Source: Candidatus Heimdallarchaeota archaeon
GTDB taxonomy: Archaea; Asgardarchaeota; Heimdallarchaeia; Hodarchaeales; Hodarchaeaceae
Length of the DNA stretch: 64,000 nucleotides
Direction of reading: 5' to 3'
NCBI GenBank assembly: GCA_048881705.1
Contig: JBHLSH010000006.1
Location: forward strand, 1-64,000
Positions within the stretch are counted from its first letter, which is position 1, and the number at the start of each line of letters is the position of its first letter. The notes below the pieces were generated by a model, which saw nothing but the letters and a program-made list of their open reading frames with translations, did not search any database and was not told the origin of the DNA. The position numbers and the translations under genes were made by a program. Positions 46,120 through 56,291 of this stretch are shown in pieces.

Positions 46120-47607
46120 TTATTTTAACGCCGAGCCGATGAAGGTTACTAGGTCAGTTCGTAGTTTAGCTAGGGATGGTTCGTGGATATACATCATATG
46201 ACCGGCGTGATAAAAGGTTAGGGAAATATTTCCACGTAAGCTGGGATCTAGCCCCAAATGATTAAATGTATACTCTGTTGCAAAGAATGGAGTCGCTAAA
46301 TCGTAGTAACCGTTACAGACAATTATTTTCAGATAGGGGTTCATGGCAATGGCTTCTCTTACCGTTTCTCCAACATCAAGATATTTATTATGAAAATCTT
46401 CATACTTCCACTTTTCAAATATTGGAGCAAATGTCCTATAAGGTAAATCGCTCTTGAATTCAAGGTCCTTTGAGACATAGTCGTTTAATGTCGCTGCGTA
46501 CGGGCCCAAAATTGAAGCCATGCTGGGATCAAACTCATATTTGGCTTCTGTATCATCACGATCAATGCCCGTGAACCTACTATCTAAACGACCCACAGTT
46601 CGGTGGGAATCACGTAAGAGTTCCTTAACAAACTTATGAATGTTGATCCTTAGGTTGGATCCTTCAATATATTTTTTAGAGAGGCCGGTATAACGGTGTA
46701 ATTTCTCTATGATACTTGTTTTTTCATCATCAGACAATGAATCTCCCTTCAATAGGCCCAATGAATACTCAGTTGAGGCAAAATCTCTCACTTCACCTAG
46801 GGTAGATTCCAAATTCTCTAAGAGATCTTCAGGTAGCATTTTATGATAAAAGGCTGTTGAAGTGTAGGTGGGAAGGAACAGGAGATATGGAAGATCATTA
46901 CCAGTATCAAATCGGGCTGTTTGAAAGTTGAGGATTGAGGAAACAAGCATTACCCCATTTAGATAAAACCCCAAATTCTTTTGTAAATGGCCGCAAAGCC
47001 CAGCTGCACGTGTGGTACCGTAACTTTCACCGATTAGAAATTTGGGTGAGGTCCATCTCGAATTTCGAGATGTATATAAGCGAATAAATTCCCCAACAGA
47101 CTCAATATCCTTCTTATACTCGTGAAATTGAGCATCCTTCTCTCCTGGAACGGCCCTTGAATAACCTGTACTTACTGGATCTATAAAAACCAAATCGGTT
47201 GCATCTAGGATGGAATATTCATTATTAACGAGGTCATATGGTGGTGGCACAGCTTTAGCGTCATCAGTCGCCGATATGACACGTTTAGGGCCTAAAACTC
47301 CCAGGTGAAGCCAAACCGAAGAAGACCCTGGCCCTCCATTGAAAGAAAATGTTAGGGGTCTTGTTTTCAAATCTGCTACATTATCCAAGGTGTAGGAGAT
47401 ATGAAAGATAGATGCTTTGGCCTTAGGTTCTTTTTCTTCCTCTTCTTCCTTTATAATAAACGTTCCTACCTTGGCTGTATAGGAGATTTCTGTTCCATTG
47501 ATAATTGCAGTATGACTAGTTTCTACCAGTTCTTCTTTTGGCAGTTTTGGTTTTTTCTCCTCTGTTTCCTCAGATTTCTTCTTTCCTTTATCGTTTTCTG
47601 ACATCAT
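46120..47607 (-). CDS. S10 family serine carboxypeptidase (bacterial type, no signal peptide)
   Basis: FNGGPGSSS, FIDPVSTGYS, GESYGT, GYYDLATP and AGHMMY motifs. Confidence 0.92.
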   Translation of the reverse strand: MMSENDKGKKKSEETEEKKPKLPKEELVETSHTAIINGTEISYTAKVGTFIIKEEEEEKEPKAKASIFHISYTLDNVADLKTRPLTFSFNGGPGSSSVWLHLGVLGPKRVISATDDAKAVPPPYDLVNNEYSILDATDLVFIDPVSTGYSRAVPGEKDAQFHEYKKDIESVGEFIRLYTSRNSRWTSPKFLIGESYGTTRAAGLCGHLQKNLGFYLNGVMLVSSILNFQTARFDTGNDLPYLLFLPTYTSTAFYHKMLPEDLLENLESTLGEVRDFASTEYSLGLLKGDSLSDDEKTSIIEKLHRYTGLSKKYIEGSNLRINIHKFVKELLRDSHRTVGRLDSRFTGIDRDDTEAKYEFDPSMASILGPYAATLNDYVSKDLEFKSDLPYRTFAPIFEKWKYEDFHNKYLDVGETVREAIAMNPYLKIIVCNGYYDLATPFFATEYTFNHLGLDPSLRGNISLTFYHAGHMMYIHEPSLAKLRTDLVTFIGSALK

Positions 47608-47697
47608 TCTTCTAGAAAGGATTTGGGATCTGGAAATTAAAGATTGATCTACGTAAACATAGAGTTCATTGAATTCACTCTATTATACAAAAGCGTC

Positions 47698-49875
47698 TCA
47701 AATATTAAATTCAACGAATATGGGACTGGACCAGGCTTTTTCCCCGTCGTTTTGGACGACTCTCACATAATAAAGATTTAATCCCCGTTTAATGGTTTGA
47801 TCAGTAAAATCAAAGATTGCAGCGATGGGATTTTCTTTTTCGGGGATCCTTGAGATTCGAACTTCTTGATCAAATTTCCCCGCGTTAATCACCAAAGGTT
47901 CACTAAGCTGGTTTAAAGAAAATGAAAAAACGGCCGGTTCCGTATTGAAGCTAAGACTTGCATCCATCGGTGCATCCAATGTCAAGATTATCCCGTCTAT
48001 ATCTCCAGCGGTTGTAGAAAACCAGCTTACATAATGATCATTTTGCTCAATTATCCCCTCTCCTGGTAGGTCAAAGGCAAATTCCTTTGCTGCCAAAATT
48101 TTTCCTTTCTCAAGGGTAATTCGCCCCTTCCAATCAGTGTTTCTACGTCTCGTCGCCACCCTGGCTCCGCTCCAAGCTATTTTAATTTTGCTTTGATGGA
48201 AATCCGAATCGGATAATTTAGGCTTATATAACGATTCCAAACCTCTAAAGAGGTCAACCCTCTCCAAAGACGTCGTACCTATTACTTCTACATGGAATGT
48301 GGGCGGACGATCAACAGCAATCCTATCGCCCATAATCGCATCACCGCATGTTACTTGCAGAATTATTCGCTTGCCAGTTGTAGCATAGACATGGCGATTC
48401 TTGAAAGCCTTCCATAGGGAGTTCCGAGAGAGCTCGCTGGCGTACACCCCCATCAATCCCCCGTTAACTGCCTCAAGCTTTGATATAGGAGATGCGCTTC
48501 CTGGTCTACATGTATGGTCATCGCTCCCTGCTATAAAACCAACAATCAATTTCTTGGCTAAAGCTTCTCTGGCAAACCATTCAAAATGCCCATGAACGGA
48601 GGCTATCTCAATAAACGGTGTTAGGCTGGGTTCATGGTAATCTAAAATGGCATGTCTTCCTCCAATATGGGGAATTACTAATACGTCTGATCTTCCTCTA
48701 AAGGTCTCCAAGAGAGCCATAATTGGATATCGATCAGTATCCTCATCTGACTTATCTTTAACCAATGCGTGGCTACTCCGGTAGATCTGCTGATCATCCT
48801 TCAGAAAATAGACGTTATGATCTCCTCCTGCTGGAGTGTTTCCTGACCATTCGTACCCCAGAAATGTAATAAACTTCCCTGGCTCATGATATTCCTTAAC
48901 TGTTCTTTGAGTATCTTTATAGTGATCTCTGGTAATTTGAAAATCATTCCCAACATGAGAAACGAAATCAAGACCAGCTCCTTTTGCGAATCGGAAATAT
49001 TGGTCTAAGGTTCCTGTTCCAACAGTCTCCTCAGTTTGTCCATGTAAATCCCCCCAATAAAGCCTTTTCACCAACTGTTCACTATGAACAGCTATTGGAT
49101 TACTTGTGCCGCTTAGGCCGCTATCCGATTCATATGCAGTAAGGTGCCAAATACCTGTTTTTTGGAAAACTATGTTTTCAAAGCGACGGATCCCCTCGTC
49201 CTTAGCTTGAAACTTGTATGAGGGTGGTAAAACCGCTTCAGATTGGCTACACGTAAAATGAACATTTCCCTGGAAGTTGGGAGTAGGATTCCCCCATTTG
49301 TCTTCAATTCTTACGACAGCCCAAATGGATAGCTCTAGTTCTGTTTGGGACGGAGCAACTACCTTCATCACGGCAGGTTCTCCAGAAACAATTCTTAAAA
49401 CTGGAGAGTCATGAATCAATACATATTTTCCTGTCCCAAATGCATCTATCAAAACATGAAATTCGAAAGTATCTTCTACGAACGTTTGCGCCTTAATACC
49501 AGGACTCCCGTTGCTGGTCTCCCCATATACGATTGTTACAGTATCTCCCTCGGATAGGTATCCGTCAAATACAGTCAAGGTCAAGCATGGCCTCCAAGGG
49601 CGGATATAGCCACGTTTTCGAAAACTTACTTCGATCTTTGCTTTTCCTGTGGTTTCTATAGTTGTATAATTCGGCCCACTAGCATTTTGGAACTGGGGTT
49701 GTTTCCAATCTGTTACGTCTCTCCAGGCAACCTTGATATGTCCTCCATCGTCAATCCCGTGCTTGCCAATAGCTATCGTTAGAGTCCAAGTTCCATAACT
49801 TCCTGCGATAACCGCATCATTGGGCCGTATTTTAGCATGACCGTAGATCGCTTTGTGTTTATCTGGTGCCATCAT
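47698..49875 (-). CDS. DUF3604-like protein (PHP-type metal-binding TIM barrel with Ig-like N-terminal domains)
   Basis: WGDLHGQT, GYEWS, GDHNV, PHIGG, EIASVHG, GSDDH, HVYATTG and AWSSPI motifs. Start likely ATG 49875 (ORF track GTG 49902). Confidence 0.8.
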   Translation of the reverse strand: MMAPDKHKAIYGHAKIRPNDAVIAGSYGTWTLTIAIGKHGIDDGGHIKVAWRDVTDWKQPQFQNASGPNYTTIETTGKAKIEVSFRKRGYIRPWRPCLTLTVFDGYLSEGDTVTIVYGETSNGSPGIKAQTFVEDTFEFHVLIDAFGTGKYVLIHDSPVLRIVSGEPAVMKVVAPSQTELELSIWAVVRIEDKWGNPTPNFQGNVHFTCSQSEAVLPPSYKFQAKDEGIRRFENIVFQKTGIWHLTAYESDSGLSGTSNPIAVHSEQLVKRLYWGDLHGQTEETVGTGTLDQYFRFAKGAGLDFVSHVGNDFQITRDHYKDTQRTVKEYHEPGKFITFLGYEWSGNTPAGGDHNVYFLKDDQQIYRSSHALVKDKSDEDTDRYPIMALLETFRGRSDVLVIPHIGGRHAILDYHEPSLTPFIEIASVHGHFEWFAREALAKKLIVGFIAGSDDHTCRPGSASPISKLEAVNGGLMGVYASELSRNSLWKAFKNRHVYATTGKRIILQVTCGDAIMGDRIAVDRPPTFHVEVIGTTSLERVDLFRGLESLYKPKLSDSDFHQSKIKIAWSGARVATRRRNTDWKGRITLEKGKILAAKEFAFDLPGEGIIEQNDHYVSWFSTTAGDIDGIILTLDAPMDASLSFNTEPAVFSFSLNQLSEPLVINAGKFDQEVRISRIPEKENPIAAIFDFTDQTIKRGLNLYYVRVVQNDGEKAWSSPIFVEFNI

Positions 49876-49933
49876 TATCTGTTTTGGCCATCTAAGAAAC
49901 ACAAGATTTTTGTTTTCCTACTTCAAAAGCTCT

Positions 49934-49983
49934 AGGAGGAATCTCATCATGTGCCCATCTCAGCAGGGGTGCTGAGCTCATGG
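49934..49983 (+). promoter_or_regulatory. Leader with RBS, 8-codon uORF and hairpin covering the downstream RBS and ATG
   Basis: AGGAGGA 49934-40; ATG 49949 to TGA 49975 (MCPSQQGC); CCAT-CTCAGCA-GGGG-TGCTGAG-ctc-ATGG stem. Confidence 0.45.
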
Positions 49984-51038
49984 AAGAACTATTACATTGG
50001 TTATTGACAACTGGAGGACCTGTGATTCGTTATCGCACTTTCACTGAACTTAATCCGGAAAATCAGGATTATAATGCTGCTGAACTGATTTCTAGCGTGA
50101 AAACCTCTCAGAAAGTGGCATTGTGGCTTTCCCTTCATCCATCATCCTCTAGCGGGAGCCCTTTTGGAATTCATGGATCAAAAAGATATTTTTATGAGAA
50201 TTTCGCCCCAAAAGTAATCCAATATGGATTAAATGCCTCCATGGACATGTTGAGCCAATACCTAGCGTTTTTTTCATCAAAAATTAACCTATCTAAAGAT
50301 TGGGGAATCTTAAATCTAGTAAAAACCTGTTATGCAGCCTTCACTATTCAGCTGGGGGTTAATGATGACGCCTCTCTGTCTTATCTGGTGAGACGTCTCA
50401 ACCAGATCTACACCTTTGTTAAGGATGGAATCTATGATATTTATGTGGAACCCTCTAATTATCCCTCAATCCCAAAGCCATTGCGTAACAGACCTCTTCT
50501 TAACCCAGATCACTATATTGACAATTTAATCCCTATTCCGACAATATATGACGTATTAGCAGCCAAAACACTGTATAATACGAATTATGTTGACTCCAAT
50601 AAAATCAATACCATCATAAATTATATCTTCACGGATCAATTTGACTCGTTGCATCCTGAATATGGATTATATTATGATTCAATAAGGAAGAGATTCTATG
50701 TTCATGGATGGAAACCCCATCTTGAAAATTATTCATTTCGAAAGACTCCAATCACGAATGCGTCCCTTTTGCTCCTCCAGCTGTATATATACAGTCACTT
50801 CCCCGCAGTCCAATCTCAAGATTGGTTTATTTGGGGAATGGAGATATTAGAATCATATCGAACAGATCGTGGAACGTTTATTTTGCCCAAAGGATTTTTA
50901 CGGGAGAATTTTTCAGGTTATTGGGTGAATGGTTCTTATATGGGGTTGGGCGAAAACAGAAGGAGCAAGAACTGGCGAGAACTGGAATCAACATATTGGA
51001 TTTTGACTATCAAGAAGAATCTGAAAATGAGAAGTTAA
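49980..51038 (+). CDS. Conserved-looking hypothetical protein (aromatic-rich, probably all-alpha)
   Basis: 352-aa ORF; WLLTTGGPVIRYRT start and RELESTYWIL end; no family confidently recognised. Confidence 0.7.
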   Translation: MEELLHWLLTTGGPVIRYRTFTELNPENQDYNAAELISSVKTSQKVALWLSLHPSSSSGSPFGIHGSKRYFYENFAPKVIQYGLNASMDMLSQYLAFFSSKINLSKDWGILNLVKTCYAAFTIQLGVNDDASLSYLVRRLNQIYTFVKDGIYDIYVEPSNYPSIPKPLRNRPLLNPDHYIDNLIPIPTIYDVLAAKTLYNTNYVDSNKINTIINYIFTDQFDSLHPEYGLYYDSIRKRFYVHGWKPHLENYSFRKTPITNASLLLLQLYIYSHFPAVQSQDWFIWGMEILESYRTDRGTFILPKGFLRENFSGYWVNGSYMGLGENRRSKNWRELESTYWILTIKKNLKMRS

Positions 51039-51060
51039 GACCATGAAAATGGGCTATAAG

Positions 51061-51939
51061 CTATAAGCCACCCAATTTTTTAATTCTGTCTAGTCGTTCT
51101 GGTTCATCATTTACAAGCCATTTGTCCTGAGAAAGTAGTTCATACGCCAATCTGAAATGCTCTTGAGCCAATCCCTCATCCTCTTTCATAAGATATAGCT
51201 CTCCAAGTTCCTCGTAGTTATATCCCCCCTTCTCAAGTTTGTTATGGTCACGATATCGATTAACCTCCAATTGAAGTTCTAATGCTTTATCTATGTTGTT
51301 AAGCGATCTATGAACCCTTGCGACACACCACATAGCTATGGCAATTGTAACTGGATTCCCTTGGATTCTTCGGAATTCCAAAGCTTTTTCGAACAATCGA
51401 AGGGCTTTCGTGTAATCCTTTAAATTATGGAAACTCCATCCAGTATTATTCAACAGCGGTCCAAGCCAATTTCTAGTGTCCTCATCTATACTATTCTCCG
51501 CAACCTTTATGGCTTTCTCATTCCATTCTATCTGCTTGAGTGGATCTTTTTCAACTATTGCCATCATATGGAGGGCATCTACTTCCAAAAATTCCTCTTT
51601 AAAATTTTTTGCAAAGTGTACAGCCTTTTCAAAGCATTCCATAGCTTTTTCGACGTTTTTACTAGAATTAAATGTTCGCCCTCTCTCTAAGTAATATCGT
51701 ACTCTAACTTTCGAGGAAATATCTTGGTTTAAAGCCTCTTCCACTTCATCGAGGATCCTATGTGCTTCCCCAAAATTGTACTCTAAACCAAATGTTCGTG
51801 CGACCTGAGTTTGAATCTCATATGCTAAATCAAAGGCTTTAGCACCCCTGGCATTTTCTAGATGGACGAGGAATTTCTGTCGGGTTTCACCTGGTTCAGA
51901 GAAATTCCAATCCTTGATAAAATCATGATAGGTGCTCAT
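51061..51939 (-). CDS. Tetratricopeptide repeat protein
   Basis: Serial 34-aa TPR patterns, e.g. LLNNTGWSFHNLKDYTKALRLFEKALEF. Confidence 0.88.
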   Translation of the reverse strand: MSTYHDFIKDWNFSEPGETRQKFLVHLENARGAKAFDLAYEIQTQVARTFGLEYNFGEAHRILDEVEEALNQDISSKVRVRYYLERGRTFNSSKNVEKAMECFEKAVHFAKNFKEEFLEVDALHMMAIVEKDPLKQIEWNEKAIKVAENSIDEDTRNWLGPLLNNTGWSFHNLKDYTKALRLFEKALEFRRIQGNPVTIAIAMWCVARVHRSLNNIDKALELQLEVNRYRDHNKLEKGGYNYEELGELYLMKEDEGLAQEHFRLAYELLSQDKWLVNDEPERLDRIKKLGGL

Positions 51940-52204
51940 TTTGGATCAAGAAGGTTAGTTCACAGGGAGGAATAAAATCGATTGAAACGAAGAAATTAGA
52001 TTCCGATTCAAGTAGTCCTTGGTTTGGATGTTTTTCGCTTGAGGGATAGCCAGAAAAATCGGAAATCATCCGTTTCACAACTGTTTATATGCAAAACAAA
52101 TTGTAACCTGCTGTTCACCCAAATTCCTCTACGCTATGATTTCCTTGGAAAACGTTGGTAAAGAATCAATCTGGCAGAAGTTGATTAAGGTGGAAAATCA
52201 GAAT

Positions 52205-53224
52205 ATGGAACCAAACAAAATGAGAGCGGTTGTTTACACTGAATATGGCCCTCCTGAGGTACTTGGTTTGACGGAGGTAGAAAAACCCGTCCCCAAGGAC
52301 AATGAAGTACTTATTCGAATCCGAGCGACAACAGTAAACTACGGGGACTTGCTAGCTCGGAATTTTAGATACGTTTCTTCTAGTGAGTTCGCGATGCCAA
52401 TGCTATTCTGGATGATCGCAAAGATAGCATTTGGGCGTAGGAAACCACGAAAAAAAATCCTGGGTAATGAATTTTCTGGTGTAATTGAAGCAATCGGAAG
52501 AAATGTGACATTATTTAAGAAAGGGGACGATGTTTTTGGTTGTTCCTCACAGAAAATGGGCGCTTATGCTGAATATATTGCATTGCCCGAGGATGGAATC
52601 CTATCCTTAAAACCTTCCAATATGAGCTTTGAGGAAGCAGCTGTTGTTCCTTATGGATCAATAATGGCGTTAAACTTACTCAAAAGGGCAAAGATAAAAT
52701 CAGGGGATAAAGTTTTGATTAATGGTGCTTCTGGGGGGATAGGTTCAGCTACTGTACAGTTGGCAAAATCTCAATACGATGTAGAAGTGACTGGGGTTTG
52801 TGGTACCCCAAGATTGGAATTTGTGAGGTCATTAGGAGCTGACAAGACGATCGACTACACAAAAGAAGATTTTACCGAGCATAAAGAGAAATATGACGTA
52901 ATTTTCGGCGGATTGGGTAAAACCCCGTATTCTAGAGTAAAACATTCTTTAGCTGAAAACGGCCGATATGTTTTGAGTAGTTTTAAACTGAGGCAACTGG
53001 GCCAAATGCTACGAACCAAAGCCTTTGGCCGCAAGAAAGTAATTTGTGCGCTTTTGCCTGAAAAGGGTGAGGATTTAAGGACTTGTAAAGCCATGATTGA
53101 GGATGGAAAGATTAGGGCGATTATTGATAAGCATTTTAGAATTGAAGAGATTGTTGATGCCCATAGGTATGTCGAAGAAGGACATAAAAGGGGGCATATC
53201 GCAATCCTAGGCTTTGATGAGTAA
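52205..53224 (+). CDS. MDR superfamily NAD(P)-dependent oxidoreductase (zinc-independent quinone reductase-like)
   Basis: YGPPEVL, TVNYGD, GNEFSGVI, GAYAEY, NGASGGIGS and GHKRGHI motifs. Start ATG 52205 after AAGGTGG (ORF track 52136). Confidence 0.92.
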   Translation: MEPNKMRAVVYTEYGPPEVLGLTEVEKPVPKDNEVLIRIRATTVNYGDLLARNFRYVSSSEFAMPMLFWMIAKIAFGRRKPRKKILGNEFSGVIEAIGRNVTLFKKGDDVFGCSSQKMGAYAEYIALPEDGILSLKPSNMSFEEAAVVPYGSIMALNLLKRAKIKSGDKVLINGASGGIGSATVQLAKSQYDVEVTGVCGTPRLEFVRSLGADKTIDYTKEDFTEHKEKYDVIFGGLGKTPYSRVKHSLAENGRYVLSSFKLRQLGQMLRTKAFGRKKVICALLPEKGEDLRTCKAMIEDGKIRAIIDKHFRIEEIVDAHRYVEEGHKRGHIAILGFDE

Positions 53225-53245
53225 TAACATGATGGCGTGTGAAAA

Positions 53246-53611
53246 ATGGAAGACGTAAGAATAATACTGTCAGGATTATGGATCTCGGTTATGTTGATTT
53301 ATTTGTTTGGTGATGTAATGCGATTATACGCCGGTGATTTCACGCCTGGAGAAATTGATGGCAAACCATTGAGCCAAGGAATGTTGATGGCAATGGCAAT
53401 AATCATGCTGCCCCCGATTTTTATGGTTTTCCTATCTTTAACCTTGGATTATACTCTGAATCGATGGCTAAACATCATTATAGCAGCGTTCTATTTTCTC
53501 TTCAATCTTGTCGGTCTTCGCACATATCCAGGTGCTTATGATAGATTCCTGTTGATTATTTCTCTGGGATTTAACATAATGACTGTTTGGTTTGCATGGA
53601 GCTGGGTTTAA
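53246..53611 (+). CDS. DUF6326-like small 4-TM membrane protein (paralogue of 41184)
   Basis: LSGLWISVMLIYLFGDV...PGEIDGKPLS...RWLNI. Confidence 0.75.
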   Translation: MEDVRIILSGLWISVMLIYLFGDVMRLYAGDFTPGEIDGKPLSQGMLMAMAIIMLPPIFMVFLSLTLDYTLNRWLNIIIAAFYFLFNLVGLRTYPGAYDRFLLIISLGFNIMTVWFAWSWV

Positions 53612-53691
53612 TGTCTTCAAAACTGGGTAATATGTCCTCACAATTGAGTCCGAAATGATAATTCAGAACTCCCAGCTATACCGAAAAGAAA

Positions 53692-55254
53692 TCATTTTTT
53701 TTCCCAATCCTCTACTATCTGCTGCGCAGAATTAACGTACCTTTTCAATTCCTCCTCAGTTCTGTAAAGTTTCTTTAGAATCATTCTTTCGAACATGGTA
53801 TTGAACTGCGTAAGTTCGATTCGGTCACTCAACGAGGGTTCCATTTCCGAAATTTTCTTCCATTTATCTAGATTCCGTTTTAATGCCTTTTTTTCTAATG
53901 AAATTGCGTAAGCGAGTTTTTTCAACCCTTTTTCTTGGGAAAGAACTTCAGCCTGGGTTAAAAGCTTCTCTGCGTTCTCAATATCTAATTCAAGTAGTGA
54001 TAGGCGTGATTGAAGCAAATAGATTTCCGTCATTAACCAATGGGAAGACTGTAACTTCGCGACCGATAACAAACGAGAGATTACCTGCTTTAATTCTTTG
54101 AAAACATCCTCATTCCCTGTTGCTTTTAATTCAAAGACCAGTAGTTCTCCTAGGTTTAAGAGAGCGTCTATAGTTAATTCGTGCCAGAGTATTGGTTCTT
54201 CAGCAATCTCCCGAAATATCGTTTGAGCCTTTGTTTTATCCATAAGCCTCTCACTCGTCTTGAGGATCATCGCCCTAGCGAGACGCACTTTTTGATCACT
54301 AATGGCAATAAACCTTAATTCATTTGATTCCTTCATTTCTTTGTGTATTTCCTCCCTCTCTTCTAATGAGAGGTCTTTTACGTAGAACTTGATTGTGTTA
54401 TAGAGAATTTCCACTCTCATTGCATATTCATGGATGTTTCTAGATACCTGGAGGGCGTGTTCGAGATGTCTTTTTCCCGAATCAAATTCTCCCATCATGC
54501 TATGGGCCTGGCCTATATTGTTGAGTAGTCGGCTTATATTAAATTGAGAACCTATTGACTCAAACTTCCTTAAACTCCCGGTGAAAAACTCCAACGCAGT
54601 GTCCATTTCCCCTCTTGCAACATTAGTTACTCCTATTCCGTTTAGAATATCCGCTGGAATTTGTTGGTTACCCACTCCCTCTAGGAGTGGCAAACTACTT
54701 TTAAAGTAATCAAGCGCTCGATCAAGCTCGCCCTTGCTCAAATACAAATAACCCATGCTGCCGAGACATCTTACCTTCTGTTCTACATCATTGATTTGCT
54801 CACTAAGATTGAATGCCTTCTCATAATATTCATAAGCTGGATTAGGATTATTAGTTATATAGTACAGCCGCCCCATCTGGTAATAGAAACTGGCCTTCAT
54901 TCGAAGAGTTTCAATTTTCTGACCCTCCAAAAGGGATCCAATAATCTTCTCCTCCTTCCTTGCTAAATCGAGCGCCTCTGAAATGTTACCATCTAAACGA
55001 TGGGCGAGGATAAGATTGTTAAGTGCATCAAACTCCCTTACTTTATTATTCATTGTCCTACTTTTTTCTAGTAACTCAATCGCTAGCTTTTTCCCCATCC
55101 CAGATTCTCCTAAACGAAGATAAAGGGTACTTCTGAGAAATAGGGATAAAAGTTTATCATTTTCCCCTAAAATATTATCTAATTGGGTGAGAGCGGTATC
55201 AAACTTCTCAAGGATGCTAATTTCTTCTTTCTGATGGAAAAGGTGCTCAAACAA
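53692..55254 (-). CDS. TPR-repeat protein with C-terminal helical domain
   Basis: Multiple TPRs (CLGSMGYLYLSKGELDRALDYFKSSL; LLNNIGQAHSMMGEFD). TTG start. Confidence 0.85.
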   Translation of the reverse strand: MFEHLFHQKEEISILEKFDTALTQLDNILGENDKLLSLFLRSTLYLRLGESGMGKKLAIELLEKSRTMNNKVREFDALNNLILAHRLDGNISEALDLARKEEKIIGSLLEGQKIETLRMKASFYYQMGRLYYITNNPNPAYEYYEKAFNLSEQINDVEQKVRCLGSMGYLYLSKGELDRALDYFKSSLPLLEGVGNQQIPADILNGIGVTNVARGEMDTALEFFTGSLRKFESIGSQFNISRLLNNIGQAHSMMGEFDSGKRHLEHALQVSRNIHEYAMRVEILYNTIKFYVKDLSLEEREEIHKEMKESNELRFIAISDQKVRLARAMILKTSERLMDKTKAQTIFREIAEEPILWHELTIDALLNLGELLVFELKATGNEDVFKELKQVISRLLSVAKLQSSHWLMTEIYLLQSRLSLLELDIENAEKLLTQAEVLSQEKGLKKLAYAISLEKKALKRNLDKWKKISEMEPSLSDRIELTQFNTMFERMILKKLYRTEEELKRYVNSAQQIVEDWEKK

Positions 55255-55475
55255 GGCTTCAGCCCTCTTTTAAAGGTGTTTTAATTTTCAAGGTTTTCAC
55301 AGTATTTAACAGAGAGTTTTCCACACTCTTTAGGTTTATATTTGAAAAACAATTCGAGAATTTAGATATAAAACATGCGAATAGATAGATCGGGATTTTG
55401 GGTTTTGCTCAGGGTCACCATACCTCCCATTCTAATCATGGACTTCCATCATTTATCCAAGCTTATGTGTGAACG

Positions 55476-56291
55476 TTACGATTTCTTGAAAACACGGCTT
55501 AGACAATTGATCTTGTTACGTAATGACTCAGAAAGGTTTGGATTGGAAAAGCTGAGACTTAATAGATCCTCCAGCGCGCATCGAAACTGCTCGACGAAAT
55601 CTTCAGAACTTGAACCCACGGAAGCGAATTCCTCTAGAGCTGACGGGAGTAACCTGCAATTAGTTTCATTTAGAAATGCCATGGTTTGATTGAGATTGGC
55701 CTCTAGGGCCTGATACTCAGTTTGATAAAAATTCCCCATATAATCGGTGTCACAATAGTATAGGAACCCAATTTCCGACTTCAGCCAATGGTTGTGATTA
55801 TAATCAAGAAGAATCCTGGACTTTGAAGCAAGATATACAATGTCCAAAAGATTCACAATATCTACTTTTTCAGAGAATTCGCAAACGGGGTAAAATAGAA
55901 ATTGTTGAAGAGTAATAAAGTATTTTTCGGTATTGATGAATAGAGTGGGAGGATAATGATCGCCCAGGGTTGTGATTAGCTGTTCTATCCTTTGTTTTTG
56001 ATATGCAGGAAGATTAAGACTGATCGTTTGGGTCGAATGGGGTTGACGATTGCAACGGATTACATAATGGGCGCACATGTCGTGGAAAGGGGCCTCGACA
56101 ACAGTTACCGACTTTACCAATCCATAATCTGGACGTGTGACCTTATAGAAGGAGTAGAGTTTATGATACATATTCAACGGGGAAAAAAAGGCATCTAGTA
56201 GCGTAATTACTTCTTTTTGGTCTATATCGGCATTGAAGGGCCACTGGTGCTTGGTAATCTCAACAGGAAAACCAAACATCTTTGGGTGCAT
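55476..56291 (-). CDS. Hypothetical protein
   Basis: 271-aa ORF filling the gap between neighbours; no recognisable motif. Confidence 0.6.
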   Translation of the reverse strand: MHPKMFGFPVEITKHQWPFNADIDQKEVITLLDAFFSPLNMYHKLYSFYKVTRPDYGLVKSVTVVEAPFHDMCAHYVIRCNRQPHSTQTISLNLPAYQKQRIEQLITTLGDHYPPTLFINTEKYFITLQQFLFYPVCEFSEKVDIVNLLDIVYLASKSRILLDYNHNHWLKSEIGFLYYCDTDYMGNFYQTEYQALEANLNQTMAFLNETNCRLLPSALEEFASVGSSSEDFVEQFRCALEDLLSLSFSNPNLSESLRNKINCLSRVFKKS

